Positions 36,925 through 52,044 of a stretch of DNA of 64,000 nucleotides are shown one piece after another. The notes under the pieces were generated by a model, which had not been told where the DNA came from, did no database searches, and was given only the letters and a program-made list of their open reading frames with translations. This stretch comes from Macrostomum lignano. Its lineage: Eukaryota. The translations under genes and the position numbers were made by a program. The stretch is from the NCBI GenBank assembly GCA_002269645.1, contig NIVC01000420.1:310001-374000 (forward strand), read 5' to 3'. The number at the start of each line of letters is the position of its first letter. Position 1 is the stretch's first letter.

Positions 36925-37282
<358 letters not shown>

Positions 37283-37294
37283 GCCCGAGCTCAC

Positions 37295-37381
37295 CTGAGC
37301 TTCCGACTGCAAGTCACCAATGGTTTGCGAAGCCACCAGCCGAGACGCGGCCCCAGATTGAGGCTGCGGAGCCGCCGACAT
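37295..37381 (-). CDS. Candidate distal alternative first exon of ankyrin ([29 protein letters not shown])
   Basis: GC-rich island, ATG at 37381, 29 codons, consensus phase-0 donor CAG|GTGAGC. Confidence 0.5.
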
Positions 37382-38089
37382 CCCTCGCTAGATAATGACT
37401 GGATTATCTAGGGAGATTATTGAGGAGGCTTAACAATACGCCAATTCGGCAAAGTGCCAAAATGCTTTGACTGATTGCTTCTAAAAAGAGACGTCTGAAT
37501 CTCGCTTGGAGGTTTTGACCAATGCGGCAACCCCAGCTGCCTACTATAATATCCTGCTCAGCTGCCCCACCCGTCATCCGGTCTCACCGCGCCCAGCCTC
37601 TCCGCGTCAGTCGGTCTTAGCCAGCAGACTGTCCTGCTCTCCTCTGCTGACATCCTTGAGCTGTTATTGGACCATAGAAGAGTGCGAGAAGGGGAGGAGA
37701 GAGGGAGAGAGGGAGGGGCAGACAGAATTCCGGACGCACTAATTTTTCCCCCAACGCTGAGACGGATTTTAGGGTTGCCGGAGAAGTGCTTCACTGATGC
37801 ATATTTTTGGTCTCGCAGGGAGTCTTGTTGTCTGCGTCTGTCTGGCTGTCTGTGCGGTCTGTCTCCTTCCTGTCCTTCGTCTCCGTGTAGCCTGAATTGC
37901 GCGTTAAGTGTTCTTCAACCTCTGTGGGGTGCCAATGGTTTCGGCATTCAAGAGCGCCGTGGAGAAGGTTGGCTGAGCAAACCAATAAAATGGGAAAACT
38001 TCTGGCGTCTAGGGATTATGGAAAGGGATTTTAGATGGTCTTCTTTAGAGCTCGTCTGTTTGAGGTCTGTTTTTCTCACTTTCTTAGTG

Positions 38090-38895
38090 TCTGTTTTAAT
38101 GTCTGTCTAAGTGTCAATTTCCTCAGTGTCTGTCTGAGTGTGTGTCCGAGTGTCTGTCTGAGTATCTGTCTGAGTGTCTGTCTGAGTGTCTGTCTGAGTG
38201 TCTGTCTGTCTGTCTGTCTGAGTGTCTGTCTGAGTGTCTGTCTGAGTGTCTGTCCGAGTGTCTGCCTGAGTATCTGTCTGAGTGTCTGTCTGAGTGTCTG
38301 TCTGAGTGTCTGTCTGAGTGTCTGTCTGAGTGTCTGTCTGAGTGTCTGTCTGTCTGTCTGAGTGTCTGTCTGAGTGTCTGTCTAAGTGTCTGTCTGAGTG
38401 TCTGTCTGTCTGTCTGAGTGTCTGTCTGAGTGTCTGTCTGTCTGTCTGTCTGAGTGTCTGTCTGAGTATCTGTCTGAGTATCTGTCTGAGTGTCTGTCTG
38501 AGTGTCTGTCTGAGTGTCTGTCTGAGTATCTGTCTGAGTGTCTGTCTGAGTGTCTGTCTGTCTGTCTGTCTGAGTGTCTGTCTGAGTGTCTGTCTGTCTG
38601 TCTGTCTGAGTGTCTGTCTGAGTATCTGTCTGAGTATCTGTCTGAGTGTCTGTCTGAGTGTCTGTCGGTCTGTCTGAGTGTCTGTCTGAGTGTCTGTCTG
38701 AGTGTCTGTCTGAGTATCTGTCTGAGTGTCTGTCTGAGTGTCTGTGTCAGTGTCTGTCTGAGTGTCTGTCTGAGTGTCTGTCTGAGTGTCTGTCTGAGTA
38801 TCTGTCTGAGTGTCTGTCTGAGTGCCTGTCTCAGTGTCTGTGTGAGTGTCTGTCTGAGTGTCTCAGTGTCTGTCTGAGTGTCTGTCTGAGTGTCT
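38090..38895. repeat. 12-bp (TGTCTGAGTGTC)n satellite
   Basis: Direct inspection. Confidence 0.94.
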
Positions 38896-39599
38896 TTCAG
38901 CCTGTCCGCCACATGACCCAGTGCAGCTGGGTGATCATCTCCCCAGCCGCAGATGAAGCTTCGGTGCCTGCTAAAAAATACATGCTCAGCTTGAATATTT
39001 AAAATTTTGTTCCTCAGCAGCAGCTGTCGGACTAAGTAAAGCAGCAAATGGCTCTTTTGCTTCCAGGAGAGAAGAAATGACACAAGGAGTCGGAGCCGAC
39101 AGGGCTGCATCTTGAGGAGATTGGTTTGCTCAGAGAATTCCTCGCTCTAGTTGCCTCCGAAGCTGCCACTCAGCCGTCCCTCTTGGCCGCGCGGCTTTTC
39201 CAAGAAACCTCTCTTGTGTCCGGGCAAAGTTCAATAATTAACTTCCCCTTGGCAACTCCTCCTGCCGAGGACTAAGGTTCTAGAATAGATTTGCTTTCTA
39301 CCACTGCCGGCCCTCCCGCCTCCTTCATCCAACAGGCACCCATCTCCCATCTCAGCCACTCTGTCTCGCGTGGCCAATTTCCTTGCGGCTTCTAAAATGG
39401 CTGACTAGGGGGCAGTCGGGGAGTGAAAGACTGGGAAAGTAATTTGCCCGACTGACTTTGTTTCGACCGGATCTGTCGCTAGGGACTGTGGCTGCGTATT
39501 CCTTTAATAGTATCTGAGTCTTTTGGGTTTTATTTTTCTAGAAGATTTCTGAATTTTATGGTTTCGATTAGACTTTTCCATTTGAAGAGTAGACATGCT

Positions 39600-40885
39600 C
39601 GAAGATGATGGGAGATGAGAGATGAGGATAGTAGATGATGGTAGATGATGGTAGATGATGATAGATGATAGTAGATGATGGTAGATGATGGTAGATGATG
39701 ATAGATGATGGTAGATGATAGTAGATGATGGTAGATGATGGTAGATGATGGTAGATGATAGTAGATGATGATAGATGATGGTAGATGATGGTAGATGATG
39801 TTAGATGATGGTAGATGATAGTAGATGATAGTAGATGATGGTAGATGATGGTAGATGATGATAGATGATAGTAGATGATGGTAGATGATGGTAGATGATG
39901 ATAGATGATGTTAGATGATGGTAGATGATAGTAGATGATAGTAGATGATGGTAGATGATGGTAGATGATGGTAGATGATGATAGATGATAGTAGATGATG
40001 GTAGATGATGGTAGATGATGGTAGATGATGGTAGATGATAGTAGATGACGGCAGATGACGGTAGATGATGATAGATGATGTTAGATGATGGTAGATGATA
40101 GTAGATGATAGTAGATGATGGTAGATGATGGTAGATGATGGTAGATGATGATAGATGATGATATATGATGGTAGATGATGGTAGATGATGATAGATGATA
40201 GTAGATGATGGTAGATGATGATAGATGATGGTAGATGATGGTAGATGATGGTAGATGATGGTAGATGATAGTAGATGATGGTAGATGATAGTAGATGATG
40301 ATAGATGCTGGTAGATGACGGTAGATGATAGTAGATGATGGTAGATGATGGTAGATGATAGTAGATGATGGTAGATGATGGTAGATGATGATAGATGATA
40401 GTAGATGATGGTAGATGATGGTAGATGATAGTAGATGATGGTAGATGATAGTAGATGATGGTAGATGATGGTAGATGATGGTAGATGATGATAGATGATG
40501 GTAGATGATGGTAGATGATGGTAGATGATGGTAGATGATAGTAGATGATGGTAGATGATAGTAGATGATGGTAGATGATGGTAGATGATGGTAGATGATG
40601 ATAGATGATAGTAGATGATGGTAGATGATGGTAGATGATGGTAGATGATGTTAGATTATGATAGATGATAGTAGATGATGGTAGATGATGGTAGATGATG
40701 GTAGATGATGGTAGATGATGGTAGATGATGGTAGATGATGGTAGATGATGGTAGATGATAGTAGATGATGGTAGATGATGGTAGATGATGGTAGATGATG
40801 GTAGATGATGGTAGATGATGATAGATGATGTTAGATTATAATAGATGATAGTAGATGATGGTAGATGATGGTAGATGATGGTAGA
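39600..40885. repeat. 10-bp (GTAGATGATG)n satellite
   Basis: Direct inspection. Confidence 0.96.
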
Positions 40886-41569
40886 TAATAATGAATCCAG
40901 CCTGAAACTCCTTTCATACAATTTAAAAAAAACATCGGCTTGATATTTTCCTCAACTAAAGTTTTTCAAATTCATCACTTGTGCCAGAGCAGCATTGATG
41001 GGAGAGCATTGTAAAAACTGTCAAATTTGTCTGTCAATTACTCAAATTGTTGTTGAAATGGCAGGGCAGAGGGGGACCCAGAAGACTAATTGGAACGAGA
41101 AGGCAGTTAAAATATAAAATAATTGCAATATTTATATCCTTAGTATAGGAATTCCTGCAGTGTATATTTTCTGCCCATCTAGCCCAATATAGGATAAAAA
41201 TCCCAGACATTACGAGTAAATCCTATAAATTAATCACCCGCCCGGAAACCAAAGGGGTCCCATTTTATGGACACACGCAAGTCTGCGATCGGAATTGCTT
41301 GGCAAACATTAGAAAGTCGGGGGATTGGAGAGAGAAAACCGGGAAGACTGGCTCGCTACCCATTGGAAAGATCATTGATTTAATTGGCGAAAGTCAGATA
41401 AATAGAAAACTGGGTTGGTGGCTTAGCTGTTGAGGCTACTGCATCAATAATATAACTGTGTCATGCACCATTGCGGCACATTGCAGTCCTGCCTCTTTTT
41501 TACCTGGTAGCTCTGCTGAGCGCACTGACTGGCATCTGGCAAGGATTGTGGAATTGGACTAGCAGAGGG

Positions 41570-42244
41570 AGCGGAGAGGAGAGGAGAGGAGAGGAGAGGA
41601 GAGGAGAGGAGAGGAGAGGAGAGGAGAGGAGAGGAGAGGAGAGGAGAGGAGAGGAGAGGAGAGGAGAGGAGACGAGAGGAGAGGAGAGGAGACGAGAGGA
41701 GAGGAGAGGAGAGAAGACGAGAGGAGAGGAGAGGAGAGGAGAGGAAAGGAGAGGAGAGGTGAAAGAAGGAGAGGAGAGGAGAGGAGAGGAGAGGAGAGGA
41801 GAGGAGAGGAGAGGAGAGGAGAGGAGAGGAGAGGAGAGGAGAGAGGGGAGAAGAGAAGAGATAGTGGAGAGAAGAGGAGAGAGAGGGCGAGAGAGCGGAG
41901 TTATCCAACCCCAAAAGCAGCACCACGGCAACGCAGCTGTTTAGGCAAGTAAGTGCTGATATTTCGAATATTTCATAGTCTTCCTCAGGCCTAATAATTG
42001 AGAGGAGAGGAGGAGACAGTTAACAAAGAGACGGAATCAAGAATCCAATTAGGTTCGAAACTCATCACAGACAGGAAAATGACCCTCGATAATTTTCCCG
42101 CCTCTGTCTATTTACCTTCAGCGTAACGGTGGGAATGAATATCCTGTTTTGGGACAATCTGTTTCTTTTGCCCAGCCAGAGTTTTAGGCTGCCTTGCATC
42201 TTTCAAGAGAAACACCATGAGGCATCCAATTCGAGAACAGATAA

Positions 42245-42340
<96 letters not shown>

Positions 42341-42588
42341 CCTATCCCATGACTCCCTAAGCCTCCCCCCATCAGCTGACATTAAAGGTGCTCATGAACA
42401 GTTCAATGGCCAGAGGAGGGTATACCGGCTGCAATAATTCCCGGCCAGATCACTGAACTGAGAGACTATAATACTTTGCCTAGACTGGAACATAAAAACG
42501 TAGATGGTAATCAGACGCCTAAGCGGATGATGATTATTACTTTTTATTTGAGTCCGCAGCAACTCAGCGTTGAGTGGCGGCTTGCGTG

Positions 42589-42645
<57 letters not shown>
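41570..42645. repeat. (GAGGA)n 41570-41890, (GACA)n 42237-42335, (GA)n 42590-42645
   Basis: Direct inspection. Confidence 0.93.
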
Positions 42646-42651
<6 letters not shown>

Positions 42652-42827
42652 ACAGTTCCAGACAGGCAGGAAGGCTGGCTGATTGAGAGATAAGGATGAT
42701 AAATTATAGATTTGGCTACTGACTCAATAAGTTGCACGAATCAATTCATGCACGTTCATTTTTAAAGGATCAGCTAGTCGCGACCAATTCGTTTGTTAAC
42801 GAAAATAATTTCTTTGCACATTTGCTT

Positions 42828-43640
42828 TTGCGCTTCTGTTTTGGCGCTGCTGTTTTGGCGCTACTGTTTTGGCGCTTCTGTTTTGGCGCTTCTGTTTTGG
42901 CGCTACTGTTTTGGTGCTTCTGTTTTGGCGCTTCTGTTTTGGCGCTACTGTTTTGGCGCTTCTGTTTTGGCGCTTCTGTTTTGGCGCTACTGTTTTGGTG
43001 CTTCTGTTTTGGTGCTTCTGTTTTGGCGCTTCTGTTTTGGCGCTGTTGTTTTGGCGCTAATGTTTTAGCGCTTCTGTTTTGACGCTACTGTTTTGGCGCT
43101 TCTGTTTTGGCGCTTCTGTTTTGGCACTTCTGTTTTGGCGCTTCTGTTTTAGCGCTTCTGTTTTGGCGCCAAACTGTTTTGGCGCTGTTGTTTTGGCGAT
43201 ACTGTTTTGGCGCTTCTGTTTTGACGCTACTGTTTTGGCGCTTCTGTTTTTGCGCTTCTGTTTTGGCGCTATTGTTTTGGCGCTACTGTATTGGCGCTTC
43301 TGTTTTGGCGCTTCTGTTTTTCAGCTTCTGTTTTGGCGCTTCTGTTTTGGCGCTTCTGTTTTGGCGCTTCTGTTTTGGCGCTTCTGTTTTGACGCTATTG
43401 TTTTTCAGCTTCTGTTTTAGCGCTGCTGTTTTGGCGCTTCTGTTTTGGCGCTTCTGTATTGGCGCCAAACTTTTTTGGCGCTATTATTTTGCCGCTATTG
43501 TTTTGGCGCTATTATTTTGGCGCTTCTGTTTTGGCGCTACTGTTTTGGTGCCAAACCGTTTTAGCGCTTCTGTTTTGGCGCTGTTGTTTAGGCGCTACTG
43601 TTTTAGCGGTACTTTTTGGCACTGCTGTTTTGGCGCTATT
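42828..43640. repeat. 14-bp (GGCGCTTCTGTTTT)n minisatellite
   Basis: Direct inspection; explains the ASVLALLFWRFCFG pseudo-ORFs. Confidence 0.95.
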
Positions 43641-44237
43641 TTGAAATCCCGACTACAGTTAGGCTCAAGATTTAGGGTCAAGCTTAATATCAAAGAACTT
43701 TTAGAGAGATTTTGCTCTTCGAGTCTTTGCTGTTCGTCTGCAGACACGAAACTGCTTGTAAAGAGGAAAATTTGCATCCAAACTCCTCTTTCTACTCGTC
43801 TCTGTCAATCTCTTCCTCTCCTCTTCCCATCTTCTTACAGCCTCCACTTTGTAATCCTATAGCCCTTCGCTTCAGCTTACGAGTTTTTGCAGATTTCTGC
43901 AACAAGACGAGGCGAGCAACTCGCAAGCATTATTTAACTCACCAAGGTCAGGCTCTTGACTGGTAAACACTTGTAGATACTTCTAATAGTTGTTTTTATT
44001 TATTTCCAGAAGATATTGGTTTCCTACTGACAGGTACGCGATGTACTTTTAAAAAACACTTTTTACAAATGTCATTGCAATCAATATTGCTGAATATACT
44101 GCAAAGCGGAGCTATGTACATTGAATTCAATGAAATTAAGGGCTGACGCAATTGACGACTGAAGCAGAAGGCTGCTGCACAGAATGCATTGGCGAGGTAG
44201 AAGATATGAAGTTTTTAGTGCTGAATTCACAATTCAC

Positions 44238-46096
<1,859 letters not shown>

Positions 46097-46223
46097 GTGA
46101 TTGTGCTGCCATCTGTCAAACATTGGTTTGCTTCGTCCATATTGTTTCTCATTGGAATTCTCAGCGAGCTACCAGAGTTTCTGGTTCCTGGTTCAGAAAG
46201 TAGACGAAGCTGTTTTGCGTAAT

Positions 46224-46718
46224 TCAAATGAGCCAATTACAAAGAGCCCCTGACTCACGGGACTCCATCGGTGAATCGTCGATGTACCGGGACACTCTAC
46301 GAGAGCTTTTGGGCGACGTCGTCGACTCTTCTCTGTTCATCGTAGCTTCGCGCGCTGGCAGGGTGCCGTTTTTAGCGCCACCAGCGTCACTGAGCACCAC
46401 AGCAGCGGTGGTTGTTGCGGTCCATCCGGCCCTCTCGTCGAACACGCTGTCTTCTTCATCCACCGCGGTGCCGCCTGCCGTGGTCGCTGCTTCGCCCTCC
46501 GATCCGGACGTTGTAGTTCGCGCGCGCACCAGCAGCGGCCGTTTCTGAGGCGAGAACATCGGCCGCCGGTCGCTGCCGCCGCGGACGCTGGACGAATTGG
46601 CTCGGCGAACGTTTTTGTGTGGCTGAAACAGCACGATGTAGACTTTGGTGGCGAACATGCAGCCGAGGGTCACCGCGGCGCTGATGCTGATGCACACGCA
46701 GAGGGCCGTCTGCTTGAT
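46224..46718 (-). CDS. Metabotropic glutamate receptor exon 7 (TM7 and cytoplasmic tail, TGA stop)
   Basis: CTCTCAG|IKQTALCVCISISAAVTLGCMFATKVYIVLFQPHKNV...; 495 nt including stop. Confidence 0.93.
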   Translation of the reverse strand: MKQTALCVCISISAAVTLGCMFATKVYIVLFQPHKNVRRANSSSVRGGSDRRPMFSPQKRPLLVRARTTTSGSEGEAATTAGGTAVDEEDSVFDERAGWTATTTAAVVLSDAGGAKNGTLPAREATMNREESTTSPKSSRRVSRYIDDSPMESRESGALCNWLI

Positions 46719-46899
46719 CTGAGAGGGCCAGGTGTGGTGGATTAAACTTTTTTAAGTTTTACAGACACATTCGCATAGACATAAATATGGACATGTTGGC
46801 AAGGAATCGCTGGGATGTCAATGATAAATCAGAATTATGCCAAAATCTTCTACGATTCTGCTATTCTACTAATAGTACTGTTCAACGCGTAGATCGTAC

Positions 46900-47187
46900 C
46901 CGAAAATTCTTCAGCGATCCAAAGTAGATGGGTATAAAAGCCAGCCACACAATGCACGTTGAATACATGGTAAACGCGATGTATTTCGCTTCGTTGAAGT
47001 TCTCCGGAATGTTCCTGGTCTTGAACGCGTAGATGGTGCACAGTGCAATGAGGATCATGTTGTACAGCAGGGATACAATAATGGACGCGTCGTCCACAGC
47101 GCAGCGCAGCACCTTGTGGTCCCGGTCGGGATAGTCCACCCGCGTCCTGGGCAGCTCCATTCCCAGCCAGGTGATGTCTCCGATCAC
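46900..47187 (-). CDS. mGluR exon 6 (TM4-TM6)
   Basis: YAFKTRNIPENFNEAKYIAFTMYSTCIVWLAF is the class C GPCR signature; 288 nt, phase 0-0. Confidence 0.96.
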
Positions 47188-47289
47188 CTGAACAGGAAGG
47201 CGTTTCATAAGCTCGGAACTTTGCAACATATCTTCAAAAAGTCTTGATACCTTCATAGTCACTTTCGCTGGCTTGAAGGGTGACTGAGG

Positions 47290-47475
47290 GGATACAAGTG
47301 GAGAATAGAGGCCGGAAGAGACACACAAAAGACTTTACCTACACAGAGACCAGACATACAAGTGGAGAATAGAGGCCGGAAGAGACACACAAAAGACTTT
47401 ACCTACACAGAGACCAGACATACAAGTGGATAATAGAGGCCGGAAGAGACAAAGACTTCACCTGCACAGAGACGA
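47290..47475. repeat. 64-bp tandem duplication (~3 copies) overlapping the mGluR exon-5 donor
   Basis: ATACAAGTGGA at 47292, 47356 and 47420. Confidence 0.9.
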
Positions 47476-48450
47476 GGCAGCAGCACAGCACGAGCTGCGA
47501 CCTGGGACTCGTGTAGGACGGTTTCTTCATGAGCGACTTGACGGCCCGATTGAAGATCCGGCTCAGTCTGTTGGTCTTGGTCAAGATGGCTGAATAGATA
47601 ACGCTCAGACTAAGCCCGTTGAACACGCGGAAGAAGCCGCAGGTCACCGGTGTAGGCGGCGCCAGCATCACAAAAGTGGTGCAGAAGGCCATCATGGCGC
47701 CGCCTAGCATGACGTAGCAGAGCTCGCGTCCCGACGCGCGAATCAACGGCGTCTGATTGTAGCGGACAAAGACTGCGAGAATAAAGATAGTGCAGGCCAA
47801 GCCGGCCATGCTGAGCGTCATCGGCAGGATGCCCCACACGCTGTCCAGTCGAAGAGTTTCAACCGGCAGAGAATTGCACGCATTGTAGAAACGATTTGGC
47901 ACGCTGCCAAGAGGACAGTCAGCGCAGAGGCTATCGTTGAGAACGATTTGGTACTTGCTGTCGCAGGGCACGCATTCCCAACAACAGGTGGCCGTCTCTT
48001 TGTTCGGTTTCACCGTTCGATTACCTCTCCCGCACGGCTCCGAGCAGACAGACACGGGTGGCGATGATGAAGCTCCTTCGCCCCAGGCGAGGCGGTCACT
48101 GTCCAAGCTGAGCGACCCGCCCCAGCTGCCAATCTTCCGGTAGCGAAATCCGCCCTTACCTCTCCTGTGCTGGTACTGGAACACTTCGTACAAGGACTCG
48201 CGATCACCCAGCTGATTGAAGCGTACTGTGTCACCTGAAGTGCCCGTGAAATTGACTCGGCTGATGAAATCTCGCAGCAGAGTGCCGTTCAGTGTCGCGT
48301 TCATTGGGGCGCAACCCTTGGGGTACTCGTCCGGGCACAGAGCCTCGTGCATGCGGTCGATGGCGTGAGCCATGGCTAGCACAGCATCGACCACCATTGG
48401 AACCAAGCCTTCCTGCTCGTAGCGGCTGTGAGTGCCAATGACTTCCTTGC
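47462..48450 (-). CDS. mGluR exon 5 (end of Venus flytrap, Cys-rich domain, TM1-TM4 start)
   Basis: TTCGCAG|G-KEVIGTHSRYEQEG..., SVCSEPC..CCWECVPC..C..C..C, ASGRELCYVML, KTNRLSRIF. 989 nt, phase 1 to 0. Confidence 0.95.
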
Positions 48451-48521
48451 CTGCGAATGCGTGGTTCACAGAGAGGCCGCTTGGACTTGTTTTAGATGGG
48501 TCTACAGCAAATCTACAGTCC

Positions 48522-48635
48522 ATAACCCTAACCTCGAAGCCCTAACCCTAAACTCGAATCCCTAACCCTAAACTCGAAACCCTAACCCTAAACTCGAACC
48601 ACTAACCCTAAACTCGAACCCCTAATCGTAACCTC
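48522..48635. repeat. 20-bp minisatellite with telomeric CCCTAACCCTAA core
   Basis: CCTAACCCTAAACTCGAANC, ~5.5 copies. Confidence 0.88.
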
Positions 48636-49949
48636 CAATCGTCAGCAGTCAATTGCTGGCGATTTAATAACGGCATCCCGTTTTGGAAATACTCTAAGAC
48701 TATTTGAAACCAAGTAGGCTTATAGATCTTTGACGAGGCTTATATCAGATGGCCTCTAGCTTCAAGGTACCCAGCTATATTAATAATTCAATCTGTTGAA
48801 AATTAGGTCCGCTATAAATATACCTAGTAGATATGCAAGGTTCAAGGTAAAGTACATCCTATTCATCGCTAAACCTAGCGCACTCCCTTCCTGAGTACTT
48901 GGTTGCCTATCTGTCACTTTCCCTTTCCTGATGTCTTTGTGAGAGGCGCTCAAACGGCAAGAACGCTCTGGCGACATGGTCATTCAGGTTTGACGCCCCC
49001 TCACTGAATCATTATTAACTCGCGGATCAAAGCTTTCAGACTCAGCCAAATCGCTCTTTGTGAGCGAACTGAAGCACACGATCTCTCGGGCTCTTTCTGT
49101 ACTCCCCGTGTTTCTTGCTTAATGGGCTTTCATAGTAAACCCTTTCAGGTCAAAGCTCGCAGAGTGTACAAGGAACCAATCTCTGTGCAGTCCTCTGTAC
49201 GCACTGAGATGCAGGTATTGAATTCACTTCTTCTCCGATGATAATTTTATCATGTCACTTCCCGTTGAGGCTAATATTAATGAATTCCAATCCTCCTGAG
49301 CGCTGATAATAGTACGGAGTTCAACTATTCTTCGTGACGAATGAAGTTTATTTTTTATCCAAGCCAACCAAGCTTTGAATCCCCCCAGCTGGGGAGGGGC
49401 CTGGCGCATTAAAACTTCTCAAACCGGAACGGGAACTGCCTTCCCAATGAAGCGAAGAGACCACGGGTACGCTAAAGGGATTGAGTGCTTTTTATTATAA
49501 AAATGCAAATTAACGGCGCACAGGCTCAACAACTAAAACTCCCAGCCTCTCGCTCAAATGGCGGCGCTGGAAATCAACTTCAAAACACACACACACACAC
49601 ACACGCCAACTTTTCATCGGGGTTGAGGCAACATTGTTGAGTCTGTCAGCCGCGTGATACTATAGTTGCCATGGTTACTTAGCTTGACGAGCTGTAAAAA
49701 AACGATTTTTCCTCTCATTCTGTCTGTCTCCTCTGATCAACCTTGGTCGTGTAAATAAGTAATACAATTTAGTGCTGCCTCGGCTCATAAATTATTCAAT
49801 GACCGGTGGTGCTGTTTGAGCCCTGGCAGGTTACTGATGCGCCTTATCGCTGTTCCAATGCGGTCTGTTTAGGTTTTGACTGCATCAGACGCCTGATCCG
49901 TGCGCGGCCCCATTCATTTGGAACAAGCCAGCCCCCAGGGCACAGAGGA

Positions 49950-50090
49950 GAGTGTACATGCCTGACATCCAGTGTGAGCGTGTGTATGAGTGGCTGTGCC
50001 TGTGTACAGCATTGGTGCGCTTGTGTGTGCTCAGGAGCCAGTGGAATGGGCAGAATTGCATCAGCGATGATTGTGTGACAATGTCGAAGT
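49950..50090 (+). mobile_element. SINE family B, diverged 3' half
   Basis: GTGTACATGCCT...GCGCTTGTGTGTGCTCAGG...TTGTGTGACAATGTCG matches the 3' halves of copies 1 and 2. Confidence 0.5.
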
Positions 50091-50395
50091 CTCCCGCAAT
50101 TATCATTACTTAATCCCGAACAGTACACGAAAAGCACTATTAGAGGGTACAGAGTTGGATAGCACATGCATCACCAGCGATGCAAGTTAAGCATAGTTGG
50201 CTGTGGTTAGCAATTAGTTGAATAGGATGTTTGCGTCACTGAGCGAGTGGTAGATGAAGCTGATCTCCGAGTCTACGCTGCTGCTCCCCCACACAGATTC
50301 AGAGCTTTACAAGCCTAAAGGCCTCAATTGTACCATAAATCATTCTACTTTTTCATGACTTATTTTCGCGGGCCAGACAGCCTCGTGCAACTCAC

Positions 50396-50521
50396 CTGAG
50401 CACCGGGACCCGGGCTTGCTAGCTGACAGGCTGCACTTGAAGTGACTCTCCCAAAATTCTTCCCACCATGGATTTAGCGCCCGATGATCTAGGCTCAAAC
50501 TTTTGAAGTAGTCGTCAAATC
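50396..50521 (-). CDS. mGluR exon 4
   Basis: G-FDDYFKSL...NPWWEEFWESHFKCS; 126 nt, phase 1-1, canonical splice sites. Confidence 0.95.
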
Positions 50522-51095
50522 CTGTCAAAATGAACGTCGAAGATAAATGAATTTAATACTAGACCTAAGGCATTAATAAATCTGCTATATAATAATTTCT
50601 TTCAGTTCGGAAGAACCTGCGTATGGAGAGAGTAAGGACTAAAAGTCATCCCAGTTGATGATGACAATATGCATCTGTACTGATCGGATTGGTAAAAGCT
50701 TGATCAATGTTTTCAGCTATGCTTAGCTTTTTGCTAATGCAATTTCTGTTTACACACTGAGCCATCGAATTTCCACAGGGAGGCAGCTCTCGCGCCTAAA
50801 GCTCCCGTCTGCAGGTTCGCAAAGTAAAACTTTCTAAAAGCTTACTTTTAAATGGAATTCGATTTTATGCATCTTTTCCTTCATCCATGCTCTGCTTAAC
50901 TATAGATCCTGCATGTATGTTCTACAATAGCATTCACGCCTCCTTTCCGTGTACTCTTTTGTAGTTAATTACTGTAATACTGTATACAGGATCAGCCAGT
51001 CCACAATAGACCCTTAATGCCCCTCCTGCACTGCCAGTTGCTATGTGTACATTGTAGCATTACAAAATGACGCGGCGGGGGGAGGGGTTAATCAC

Positions 51096-51392
51096 CGACA
51101 ACTGGACGCCTCTCTGGCAGCAGACTGATGGCCCCCTCGGCGATGTCTTCAACCCCAGCCAGGTGGTCCGTTTTGCGTCCCCAGCCGTCGCTGGCCACCC
51201 AGAACAGGCGCCGAGCCTCTCGCTGGTTCTCGCTCCGGCCGAGTAGCCAGAACAGCGTGCGCAGCGACTCGGCCTGGCAGAATGCAACGACAACTCGCGA
51301 CTTCTCCATGTTCAATAGGCTGGCGGCGATGTCTTCCAGGCTGCCGTTGCGATGGTTGCGCGGAATCAGATGCGTGCGACTGATGCAGATGC
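51096..51392 (-). CDS. mGluR exon 3
   Basis: G-ICIS...RVVVAFC...FWVASDGWG...AEGAISL; 297 nt, phase 1-1. Confidence 0.94.
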
Positions 51393-51481
51393 CTGCGGGG
51401 AATTATGGGACAGGTGATGATGGCTCAATTGGTTCGATAAATCAGAGCCTTTTTAAACCCTTCCAACGCTTACCTGGCAAA

Positions 51482-51770
51482 CCCTCCAACTCCTACCCCG
51501 TACAAACCCCTACCTCCCAACTCCTACCCCGTCCGAACCCCTACCCCCAACTCCTACCCCGTACAAACCCCTACCCCCAACTCCTACCCCATACAAATCC
51601 CCTACCCCTCCAACTCCTACCCCGTACAAGCCCCTACCCCTCCAACTCCTACCCCGTACAAATCCCCTACCCCTCCAACTCCTACCCCGTACAAGCCCCT
51701 ACCCCTCCAACTCCTACCCCGTACAAACCCCTACCCCTCCAACTCCTACCCCGTACAAACCCCTACCCCT
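51482..51770. repeat. C-rich ~30-32-bp minisatellite in mGluR intron 2
   Basis: CCCCTACCCCTCCAACTCCTACCCCGTACAAA. Confidence 0.9.
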
Positions 51771-51827
51771 CCAGAGATCTCCGATAGTCCAACTGTAGGA
51801 TTGTATCCACCAATCTTCCCAACTCAC

Positions 51828-52044
51828 CCAACTCGTTGGCGTGGCTTTTAAACTCCTGGAAGCCTCGCTCGCCGTAGGTGCCCTCGTCGTACAGAGCGGC
51901 CACGTAGTTCCAGCCCATCTGCTTCACAATATCCGCCATGGCCTTCGCCTGGCGCGTGTCCGACGGTACAACTCGGAAAAAGAAATCAAAGCGACTGTTG
52001 TCGCTGAGTTCCGGACTGGTTGACGCGTAGCTGATCTGCGGGAT
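51828..52044 (-). CDS. mGluR exon 2
   Basis: IPQISYASTSPELSDNSRFDFFFRVVPSD...WNYV...EGTYGERG; 217 nt, phase 0 to 1. Confidence 0.96.
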
